Shown here piece after piece: positions 27,863 to 37,608 of a stretch of 64,000 nucleotides of DNA. Under the pieces are notes generated by a model. The model did not search any database and was not told where the DNA came from. It saw nothing but the letters and a program-made list of their open reading frames with translations. The translations under genes were made by a program, and so were the position numbers. The stretch lies in NCBI RefSeq assembly GCF_006345805.1, contig NC_042999.1:59830001-59894000 (forward strand), written 5' to 3'. Positions within the stretch are counted from its first letter, which is position 1, and every line of letters begins with the position of its first letter. Source of the stretch: Octopus sinensis (Eukaryota).

Positions 27863-28260
27863 ATATAAGTCTGTATATGCATATATGTTGCTATGTGTGT
27901 GTATGTGTATTTGTCTGTGCGTAAGTATGTGTGTGTGTGTGTATGAGCATGTGTGTGTGAGTGTCTATGAATGTGTACATATATTTGTGTGTGTATGTGT
28001 GCATATAAGTCTGTATATGCATATATGTATCTATGTGTGTGTATGTGTATTTGTCTTTGTGTAAGTATGTGTGTGTATGAGAATGTGCGTGAATGCCTGT
28101 ATGAATGTGTACATATATTTTTGTGTGTGTATATATATGTGTGTGTGTGTGTGTATATGTGTATATAAGTCTGTATATGCATATATGTAGCTATGTTTGT
28201 GTATGTGTATTTGTCTGTGTGTAAGTATATGTGTGTGTGTGTATGAGCATGTATGTGGTA
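27450..28260. repeat. TG/TA-rich degenerate minisatellite
   Basis: Variants of GCCTGTATGAATGTGTACATATATT recur four times. Confidence 0.9.
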
Positions 28261-28467
28261 AAGCAAATCTTTGCTGAACCCTAATTATAATTATACTTGT
28301 AATTATAAAATATTGTTTAAGTTTACCGAAAAATGGTCCTTTATCATGCCGAATTCTACTTGGTGGAATTATTAATTACTAGTTAGTTAATTAATTTTAC
28401 TCTTTATTATTATTGATATATATAATGTATATATATATATGTGTGTATGTATATATATATATATATA

Positions 28468-28506
<39 letters not shown>

Positions 28507-28936
28507 GTGTATATACTCAAAGAAATTCCAACGTTTCACGTTTTATTTACATCTTATAATAATATAATATAATGAAATGATATAATATCAAATGTCCATT
28601 CTGATTGAACTAGCACTTTCATGCATTAAACTATGCAATCTTCCGGTTCATGTTTTAGTGCTGACAGTTATGCTGTACAATTTACAAATTATATTATATT
28701 ATTACAAGATTGTAAATAAAGTGTGAAAATCAGACAAGGCTGGAATTTGTTTAAGTAACATATTCTTCTATGCACAATCATAGACACCCGTGTGTATCTA
28801 TGTATGTGTATATGTATGTATGTATGTATATTCTATCCTTCAGTCCCTGAAGATCGTGCATATTATCTAACCACCTTGCTTGTGTTCTGATGTAGCATAT
28901 CTGGGAGTACATTAACTAATGTGCCATTACTTTGGT

Positions 28937-29085
28937 TAACCCTCTAGCATTTAAACTGCCTGTATCTGACCCAAATATCCTTCTTTTCTTTTTTTTTTTT
29001 TTTTGTCAAACTGGCCATATCTGGCCTCTCGCACCTACTGCTATACAATGTCATTCTAAGAATAAACAGTCACATCATTAACGAC
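28937..29085. mobile_element. TTAA/CCC-ended MITE family 2 (left part)
   Basis: TTAACCCTCTAGCATTTAAACTG...ACAATGTCATTCTAAGAATAAAC; homologous to 6645-6780 (reverse), 29690-29835 and 55957-56625. Confidence 0.6.
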
Positions 29086-29377
29086 TTACAGGGACATGGT
29101 ATTTTGTTATTCAAGCATAATATACTATAAAGTACATTTGTATAAGCCAATACCATGTTCTTCTGTGTTCTTTACATCACTTGTTAAGGTTGTCTCTACA
29201 GATACTCTATAGAAATTTCAGCCAACACTGACTTTTGTTATGACATTTCATATCCGAGATATCAGATGTAAACAACGAGATCAAAGATACAAAAAGGACA
29301 ATGGGCATATATGCCATATTTTGGGAGTTTTTGCCCCTTCATCTAACCCCTTAATCATCCACGAACACATCGCTTAC

Positions 29378-29599
29378 ACCTTTCGTTACCAACCCAGCTG
29401 AAATCGGCTCTGGCTCTGTAGTACAAATGTCTTGTTTTCATAAGTTTTGTATTAAAATCTTCCACCAAACCTTAGTCACAAATAATGTGCCTAACACTAG
29501 CTTAATGATAACTAAGTCATTTTACTAAATTCTTTATTATATTTTAAAATAATTGAGAGAAACAGAGAGCATCTCAAAATAAATACAGTAACGAAAGGG
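29378..29599. mobile_element. piggyBac-like MITE family 1, reverse orientation
   Basis: CCTTTCGTTACC...GTAACGAAAGGG|TTAA. Confidence 0.75.
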
Positions 29600-30424
29600 T
29601 TAAATAACCTCTAAATACAGCGGTAAGCATTGTATTTGGTAGTATAATCTGAATGATAATGTGTTAAAATGATTGGGTGTCATTCACCTTTTAACATTTA
29701 AATCAGCCATACTTAGCTCCCAGATATTTCAACTCTGGCCGTCATCAAAAATACGCAATGTCATTATCAAAATTTTGAAGCTATAATGCATGATTAATTT
29801 AACACAAAGTTAATAAATAAACATTACACTTGACAGTGTAGAGAATAAGTCCTGGGGTCGATTTGTTCGACGAAAGGCGGTGCACACATACGCATACATA
29901 TACACATGTATATTCAAATATATAAATGCATACACCTACATATACACGAATATACAGATATACGTGCATATATACATAATATTACGAATTAATTAAAAGT
30001 CTCTGCGTAAGTTTTCAGGCTGTATAAATTAATCGAATTAATGTTTTATTTTAAGTGAAGCTCTAAGTATTTTCACTTTAAGTAATTATCAGTAAACGAA
30101 AAAAGAAGAAAAAAAACTAAAGAGAAAAGATTTGTCGTAGTTTAAAAGTGCTGAATTACCTCCCTTGAACACTGGCGTATATAGGCAATGAATGAATTTT
30201 GAAAGTGATTTCAATTATTAAATTTCTAAAATCTAGGTAAATAAAGTAAATTGAGTAAGTAGTGTGAGACACAAATGTTGTAATTAATTGCCTAAGTAAA
30301 TTGCGATTAGAGTTATTTTGTTTCTGAGGTGTATAAATAAATTAATTGTCAATGTTGTTGGTATAAAATCATCGAATGTATTGAGTAGTAAGGGCTTAAA
30401 TATATTTTGTCCATGGCTATAATC

Positions 30425-30587
30425 ATACTTACCTGGCACAGGGGTAAACCATGATCATCTAGGTGGTTCTCCCAGAGTGAGGCCCTTCCATTGCACTCCG
30501 GTTGGGTTGACCTTTGCGATCGCCCCAAATGTGGGCGACTCGGGTGCGCTATTTCTAAGTGTGGGGTCTGCGTTCGCGCTCACCCCG
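30425..30587 (+). ncRNA. U1: U1 spliceosomal snRNA gene (163 nt)
   Basis: Starts ATACTTACCTGG (5' splice-site recognition sequence). SL1 GGGGTAAACCAT-GATCATCTAG-GTGGTTCTCCC; SL2 loop ATTGCACTCC (U1A site); SL3 TCGCCC-CAAATGT-GGGCGA; SL4 GGGG..GCG-TTCG-CGC..CCCC. Collinear with metazoan U1 over its full length. Confidence 0.95.
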
Positions 30588-30610
30588 TAAATCAAACAAA
30601 GAACAGACTA
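30588..30610 (+). promoter_or_regulatory. candidate snRNA 3' box
   Basis: TAAATCAAACAAAGAACAGA immediately after the U1 3' end resembles the AAA..AACAGA half of the vertebrate 3' box; largely retained in the downstream duplicate. Confidence 0.4.
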
Positions 30611-30900
30611 ATAATGACATATATTAGATTCATCTTACGCAATGTAAGATATCTCTAAATTGTAAGAAATGAGAAGCATAGTTTTATACATAGTTACTCT
30701 TTCGCTGCTATTTCTAGCAAGTCATTAACTGCGGAATACTATTATGGAAACTTTTACTGTTACGGCTGAATGTGTATTTGGTATCTTTATAGATTTATGG
30801 TTTTTAGGCTGCTATTTCTAGCAAGTCGATCCTTCATCGAATGGATTTCGATAAATTCTATTCATATTCGATGCATTCAGGTTCATATTTTCACAATGTT

Positions 30901-30985
30901 CTCGCGTGCGTTATTTCTAAGTGTGGTGTCTGCGTTCGCGCTCACCCCATAAATCAAAGAACAGACTCTCTAATGAAACATAAGA
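30901..30985 (+). pseudogene. partial duplicate of U1 3' end (Sm site, SL4 and 3' flank)
   Basis: CTCGCGTGCGTTATTTCTAAGTGTGGTGTCTGCGTTCGCGCTCACCCCATAAATCAAAGAACAGAC matches 30538-30610 with few changes; the 5' two-thirds of U1 is absent. Confidence 0.85.
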
Positions 30986-31394
30986 CCAGTTACCCTTATG
31001 TATTCTATTTCCAAGACTGTTATTTATCTTCACAAACGAAAAGTATAATTTGATATGGTTAACCGATATTTTTTCTTACACTGCGGTTTCTAGCAAGTCA
31101 AATCTTCGTCTAATGGTTTTATCTCATTCATATTCGATGCAATTGGGTTTATATTTTCACTATCATCTCATGTTGGTGCACGACGTTGTTCACCCCCCCC
31201 CCGCCTTTTTTTCTTTAGCTTCATGAGGGGATGTTGTACGCCAAAGATGGGATGCATCTCGTTCGCGAACCAGCGAGGGAGCCTTGCTTGTGGTTACTCA
31301 ACATGCTAGAAATAGCAGTCAGTGCCGTTAAGGAGGAGGGTGAAATAAGGCGGGGTAAAATACAATAAAAAGTAGTAGAGTACAAGGGGGTATG

Positions 31395-31630
31395 TGGAGG
31401 TTTTTAAGACAAAATGTGTATATGTTTGTGTGTCTGTGTTTGTCGCCCTAAAATCGCTTGACAACCGATGCTGGTGTGTTTACGTCCCCCATAACTTAGC
31501 AATTTGGCAAAAGAGACTGATAGAATAAGTACTGGGCTTACAAAGAATAAGTCCTGGAGTCGATTTATTCGACTAAAGGTGGTGCTCTAGCATGGCCGCA
31601 GTCAAATGACTGAAACAAGTAAAAGGGTAC
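31395..31630 (+). mobile_element. family B SINE tail half
   Basis: GACAACCGATGCTGGTGTG...ACTGAAACAAGTAAAAG. Confidence 0.85.
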
Positions 31631-31775
31631 CTTACAAAAACTATATCATCGAAGCAAATAGCCTTCCCTAGATGCATTATAACATAATCTGATCCCTAAA
31701 TCGGCAAATTCACATTATCTTACTCATTTGCCCCAGCCAAAATTTCTTTTATGCTCAGAGAACAAGAACAGCGAT

Positions 31776-31820
<45 letters not shown>

Positions 31821-31907
31821 TATATATTATATATATAATATACCTAATATTTCTAGCATATAGATTGACCTTAAAAAGACTTCTTTGTATATATATATAT
31901 ATATATA

Positions 31908-31956
<49 letters not shown>

Positions 31957-32292
31957 ATATATATAATATACCTAATATTTCTAGCATATAGATTGACCTT
32001 AAAAAGACTTCTTTGTTGGCTTGGTTCTTGAATGTCTGGTTAGCTAAATATGCATAGCGATTAATAACCGTGTTAAGAAAGTTTTTAACTCTCTGTATAT
32101 AAAGAGATGATGCAATCTATAATCAATGAATGGATTACGTTACAGAAATTCCTGTAACACAGAAATTGATTATTTAATAACAGCGATAGCAAGGTATATA
32201 GTTTTAAAAAACATATACCTGCTTGCTTAGATAAGGAAATATATTTTTTATAGTTGTGGGTGTGGATGTGTGGTAAGAAGTTTGCTTTCCAA

Positions 32293-33063
32293 CCCTGTGC
32301 CAGTGGCACGTAAAAAGCACCATCCGTATGTGGCCGTTGCCAGCCTCCCCTAGCACCTGTGCTGGTGACATGTAAAAAGCACCATCCGTACAAGGTCGAT
32401 GCCAGCGCTACCTTGACTGGCTTCCGTGCCAGTGGCACGTAAAAACCACCAACCGATTGTGGTCGTTGCCAGCCTCCCCTGACACTTGTGCCGGTAGCAC
32501 GTAAAAAGCACCATCCATATGTGGCCAATGCCAGCGCCGCCTTGACTGGCTTCCGTGTCGGTGGCACGTAAAGACCACCAACCGATTGTGGTCGTTGCCA
32601 GCCTCCCCTGACACTTGTGCCGGTAGCACGTAAAAAGCACCATCCATATGTGGCCGATGCCAACGCCGCCTTGACTGGCTTCCGTGTCGGTGGCACGTAA
32701 AAACCACCAACCGATCGTGGCCGTTGCCAGCCTCGCCTAGCACCAGTGTCGGTGGCACGTAAAAAGCACCATCCATATGCCGCCGATGCCAGCACCGCCT
32801 TGACTGGCTTCGGTGCCAGTGTCACGTAAAAAGCACCAACCGATCATGGCCGTTGCCAGCCTCGCCTAGCACCTGTGCCGGTGGCACGTAAAAATCACCG
32901 ACTACACTCTTGGAGTTGTTGGCATTAGGAAGGGAATTCAGCTATAGAAACACTGCCATATCAGTCTGGAGCCTAGTGCAGCCTCCTGGCCTCCCAGACC
33001 CCGGTCGAACCATCCAACCCATGCTAGCATGGAAAACAGACGTTAAACGATGATGATGATGAT
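32293..33063 (+). mobile_element. family A retroposon with expanded 129-bp dimeric internal array
   Basis: Equivalent units start at 32432, 32561, 32690 and 32819; (GAT)n tail near 33050. Confidence 0.92.
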
Positions 33064-33064
33064 G

Positions 33065-33270
33065 GTTCCAGGTTCAGTCCCACTGTATTTCATCTTGGGC
33101 AAGTGTCTTCTACTATAGCCCTGGTATAACCAAAGCATTTTGAGTGGATTTGGTGGATGGAAACTGAAAGAAGCCTGCCATGTGTGTTTCCTGTTTGTGT
33201 TTGTTTCCAACCAGTGTTAGTTTGTTTATGTCCCTGTAACTTAACAGTTCAGCAAGTTTAAAAAAAAATA
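33065..33270 (+). mobile_element. family B SINE fragment
   Basis: GGTTCAGTCCCACTG..CTTGGGCAAGTGTCTTC. Confidence 0.8.
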
Positions 33271-33683
33271 AAGAGTAAGAAAAAAAAATCACCATAAAAT
33301 TTTTTGTCCTATGTTTAGAGAATTCACGACTACATTAGTCACTGTGTACTTTTCTAAGATGAGGGTAGGTGTGGGTGGGAAGGTGATCTGAGGAGGGTTT
33401 AGCTGCTATGTTTAGCAGGCTGAGTAATCATGTAGAGGGTTGAGTGGGTTTGAGGGTTGATTGTTGGATTTGAGGATGCTATTTTTAGCAGCAAAAGTGT
33501 TCAAGTAGTGGGTCTCTCGGGTTCAAGGGCTAATCATGTGATGTGATTTTAGGATGGTTTAGCTGCCATTTCTAGCATTTATTGGCTGAGTGATCATGTA
33601 GAACAGTGGGTCTCAACTGGTGTTTATAGAACCCTTAGGGGTCTACGTAAGATTTTCTTGTTAAAAATTATGTTCAATATGGC

Positions 33684-33858
33684 ACAAGAGTGGCTGTGTG
33701 GTAAGTAGCTTGCTTACCAACCACATGGTTCCGTCCCACTGCATGGCACCTTGGGCAAGTGTCTTCTATTATAGCCTCGGACCAACCAAAGCCTTGTGAG
33801 TGGATTTGATAGCTGGAAACTGAAAGAAGCCCGTCGTATATATGTATATGTATGTATG

Positions 33859-33897
<39 letters not shown>

Positions 33898-33940
33898 TTG
33901 TTTGTGTCTGTGTTTGTCCCCCCACCATTGCTTGACAAAA
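33684..33940 (+). mobile_element. family B SINE head half
   Basis: Blocks as above. Confidence 0.85.
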
Positions 33941-34010
33941 TCATAATTTAACTGATCCTTCTGTATTTTCTTTTAGGCAATGCCAGGAACTTTTCAGCAT
34001 CCCTCATGTT
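33940..34010. mobile_element. fragment (one end) of the same MITE family
   Basis: GCCAGGAACTTTTCAGCATCCCTCA. Confidence 0.55.
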
Positions 34011-34051
34011 CGTATATATATATGTGTATATATATATATATATATATCTAT

Positions 34052-34122
<71 letters not shown>

Positions 34123-34125
<3 letters not shown>

Positions 34126-34345
34126 TGTATACTGTCAACTTAACGTGACAGTCCTGTAAGGGAATTAATTACACCACCGCTGTTTAGCCATAGGGAGCAT
34201 CGACGCTTCTTGTCGGTCTTGACACATTTCCTGTGTCCTTATATATTTACGAATGCCGACAAGAAGCGTCGATGCTTCCTTGGGCTAAACAGCGGTGGTG
34301 TAATTCCCTTACAGGACTGTCACGTTAAGTTGACAGTATACAACC
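34123..34345. repeat. foldback element: 94/90-bp inverted arms, 39-nt loop
   Basis: 34123-34216 is the reverse complement of 34256-34345 apart from a 4-nt AATT insertion and 3 mismatches. Confidence 0.95.
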
Positions 34346-34405
34346 ACTCTATCGCTCCACCACCGTACATATCTCTATGAGATATTTAGAAATTTAATAT
34401 TTCTG

Positions 34406-34436
<31 letters not shown>

Positions 34437-34439
34437 TAC

Positions 34440-34640
34440 ATAATGTGACCGCGTGTGTACCGTTGGCGATTTCTTTTCCTCTGTCTTCCCTTCTCTGGAT
34501 CTTTCCTTCTCCTATGTTTCCGACGAAGAGCTCCGCTCGAAACGTTAAACCCTCCTTCTTTCCTGAGCGTCCAATAATACTATATTTGTTCCACGTCCTC
34601 GCGTTGCTGTGTTTTATTTTGTGCTTTCTCGTTTGGATTA
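34440..34640 (+). mobile_element. Penelope-like terminal-repeat fragment carrying a minimal hammerhead-like motif
   Basis: GTTT-CCGACGA-A-GAGC-TCC-GCTC-GAAAC-GTT-AAAC at 34516-34550; downstream TTCCTGAGCGTCCAATAATAC is homologous to the flank of the 22.9 kb copy. Confidence 0.5.
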
Positions 34641-34938
34641 ACTATATATATATATGAGTGTATGCCATGTGTGTATGCTTTTAGCCTATGTATGGATGTC
34701 TCTGTGTGTGTGCTCACTTATCTGTTGTTCAGATAACCATTATATTTTTGTTCTACTCAGGAGTACTTTCTTTCTCTGTGCATGATTGCGTGTGTGGGTT
34801 TGTATTTCCATGAAGCACCACATGTGCAAATATCTTCCATTTAAAATGTATTCCAGATAACAAGACAAAGAGGAGGTATACATACATATATACAAACATA
34901 CGTACATACATACATACACACACACATACATACATACA

Positions 34939-34970
<32 letters not shown>

Positions 34971-35254
34971 CATGAACACATACATACATATGCGCGTATC
35001 TATATACACACATAAATATATACATACATACTGAAACACATACATATACATACATACTTAAACACATACATATATAAATACATAGATACACACATACGTA
35101 CAGGTCTACATTCACATGAACGCATAGTTCTGTTTCTTTTGTCTATCTCAAATCACTGCTTGTAATGCTGAATATCAATATGCGTGTGTATATGCATGTG
35201 CTTCTGAGTATACATGAATAAAACGCGTGTTTGTATGTATAAAATAAAATAAAT

Positions 35255-35500
35255 GCGCCCTTTTAAAGACTAGCCAGGCTCATGGACCCGGTTCCCCGGT
35301 TTCAGTGGCGCATGTGTTCCCCAGTTGGACGGGACGCCAGTCCATCGCATCGTTACTCATTTTTGCCAGCTGAGTGGACTGGAGCAACGTCAAATGAAGT
35401 GTTTTGCTCAAGAACACAACACGTCGCCCGGTCCAGGAATCGAAACCACAATCTTAACGATCATGTTGCTGACACCCTAACCACTAAGCCACACACGTCC
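35255..35500 (-). mobile_element. family F SINE (shares 3' part with E)
   Basis: CATGGACCCGGTTCCCCGGTTTC..CTCATTTTTGCCAGCTGAGTGGACTGGAGCAAC..CAAGAACACAAC. Confidence 0.82.
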
Positions 35501-35529
35501 ACATATGTATGTATATATCAGTTTATATA

Positions 35530-35795
35530 TGTCTGTTCCTTCTCGAGCCATAAGGGCTGATTTCCCGGTTTCCTTTGGCGGTCTGTCGCAGGTGAGCTGC
35601 AAGATGCACGCGGAAAGAGTGAGAGAAAGTTGTGGTGAAAGAGTCAACAAAAATTTGCCATTAACTTCTGTCGGAGCCGCGTGGAGCTTAGGTGTTTCGC
35701 TCATAAACACACACATCGCCTGGTCTGCGATTCGAACCCGCGATCCTTCGACTGCAAGTCCGCTGCTCTAACCCCTAGGCCATGTGCCTCCATGT
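35530..35795 (-). mobile_element. family E-related SINE
   Basis: Same head, different 3' part; related copy at 45265-45525. Confidence 0.8.
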
Positions 35796-35974
35796 TTATA
35801 TATGTATATACTTGCATATGTGTGTATGAGCATGCACATCTATGTGTATTTATATATGTGTATATGCACGTATATCTGTATATTCTTGTATATGTAGGTG
35901 TATGCATTTACATATGTATGTATATATTTGAATATACATGTGTATATGCATGCGTATGTGTGTATGTGCACACA

Positions 35975-36205
35975 CCACCATCGGTTGTCAAGCGAAGTTG
36001 GGGGGACAAACACAACACACAAACATATATATATATACATATACACGACGGGCTTCTTTCAGTTTCCGTCTACCAAATCCACTCACAAGGCTTTGGTCGG
36101 CCCAAGGCTATACTAGAAGACACTTTCCCAAGGTACCACGCAGTGGAACTGAACCCAGAACCATGTGGTTTGTAAGCAAGCTACTTACTACACAGCCACT
36201 CCTAC
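35975..36205 (-). mobile_element. family B SINE head half
   Basis: Blocks as above. Confidence 0.85.
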
Positions 36206-36263
36206 TATGTATATATGTGTATATGCATGTGTATATATAAGTGTATGCATATATACATGTGTA

Positions 36264-37543
36264 CGAAGTGGTATCAAAAAGTTACTGGATTAGTTATGTA
36301 GCACGCCAACGGATGACAACACACTGTTGCATGCATGGTAAGAGCTAGCAGTGACCTTCATGAAGCCATGTGCCAAATAACATTGCTGTGTTTACTTTGC
36401 GAGTTGTGAAATTTGTGCTTTTGTGATCATATGTATGCTGTAGTCTGTGATTTAGTCGTGGACAGGAACAAAGAACCAATGTGAAATTTTGCATTGAACT
36501 TAGAAAGGCTGCTACAGAGGCATTGAGCATGCTTCGGTAATCTTACGGTGATAAGGCAATGGGTCGTACATAATGTTTCATGTGGCACAGATGCTTCAAA
36601 AACAGAAGAACATCCTTAGAAGATGATGAGTAATGTGGAAGACCTTCCACGAGGGTCACCTCTGGAAATGTGGTATTGTGCATCAAGAATTCATCCTACA
36701 GAACCAGACTCTCAATCAAGTTCTATTGTGATGTTTTGAAGTGTTTGAGGGACGACATTCGGAGAAGCACAAAATATCGGATTCTTCACAATGACAATGA
36801 CCGTGTCATCACGACATCCTTAGAAGATGATGAGCAATCTGGAAAACCCTCCACAAGGGTCACCTCTGGAAATGTGGTATTGTGCATCAAGAATTCCTAC
36901 AGAGCTAGACTGTCAATCAAGTTCTATTGTGATGTTTTGAAGCGTTTGATGGACGACATTCGGAGAAGCACAAAAAATCGAATTCTTCACAATGACAATG
37001 ACCCTGTCACCATGTTCTCCTCGTTCATGAGTTTCTCACCAAACACTACATGGCATCGCTTCCGCACTCACCATATTCACCAGATTTCGCATCCGCAGAC
37101 TTCCATCTTTTCCTCAAGATGAAAATGTAGCTCAAAGACCGCCGTTTTAAGACCGTTGTCTAGATCCAGAGTGAATTACAGAAGGTCCTCGACTGAATTA
37201 CAGAAAACAACTTCCAGGCCAGATTCCAAAAGTGGTAGGAATGCTGGGACCGGTGTATCGCTGCACGTGGTGACCATTTCGAAGGAGATAATGTTAAAAC
37301 TTAGGTAATCATCATCATCATCATCATCATCATCGTTTAACGTCCACTTTCCATGCTAGCATGGGTTGGACGATTTGACTGAGGGCTGGCGAACCAGATG
37401 GCTGCACCAGGCTTCAATCTTGATCTGGCAGAGTTTCTACAGCTGGATGCCCTTTCTAACGCCAAGCACTCCGAGAGTGTAGGTAAATAAGTTTTTTTTT
37501 TTATTAAACGTAACCAGTCTAGGAATCTTTTGATACTACCTTG
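36264..37543 (+). mobile_element. mariner (Tc1/mariner) relic, internally deleted, with both TIRs
   Basis: Left end TA|CGAAGTGGTATCAAAAAG and right end TTTTGATACTACCTTG|TA. Translates EQRTNVKFCIELRKAATEALSMLR*SYGD..CFMWHRCFK..SLEDDE*CGRPST (HTH), LHNDN, PHSPYSPDFASADFHLF and CIAARGDHFEGD, with several stops. Confidence 0.92.
37309..37479 (-). mobile_element. 5'-truncated family A copy nested in the mariner relic, 7-bp TSD
   Basis: TAGGTAA at 37302-37308 and 37480-37486. Confidence 0.9.
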
Positions 37544-37569
37544 TACAAGTATATATATGGGTGTGGAGA

Positions 37570-37608
<39 letters not shown>

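Noticed and set aside
30360-30390. Candidate proximal sequence element (PSE) upstream of U1
   Set aside because: The position is right, but no lineage consensus is known to me and there is no second snRNA promoter in the window to compare.
32293-32900. CRISPR-like appearance (hairpin-containing repeats with intervening segments); 246-aa minus-strand ORF 32085-32825
   Set aside because: The intervening segments are themselves alternating repeats, the array is internal to a eukaryotic retroposon, and there are no cas genes. The ORF stays open only because the 129-bp period is a multiple of 3.
36670-37122. 150-aa ORF with an internal repeat
   Set aside because: Mostly out-of-frame translation of the duplicated mariner relic; the transposase frame has stops.
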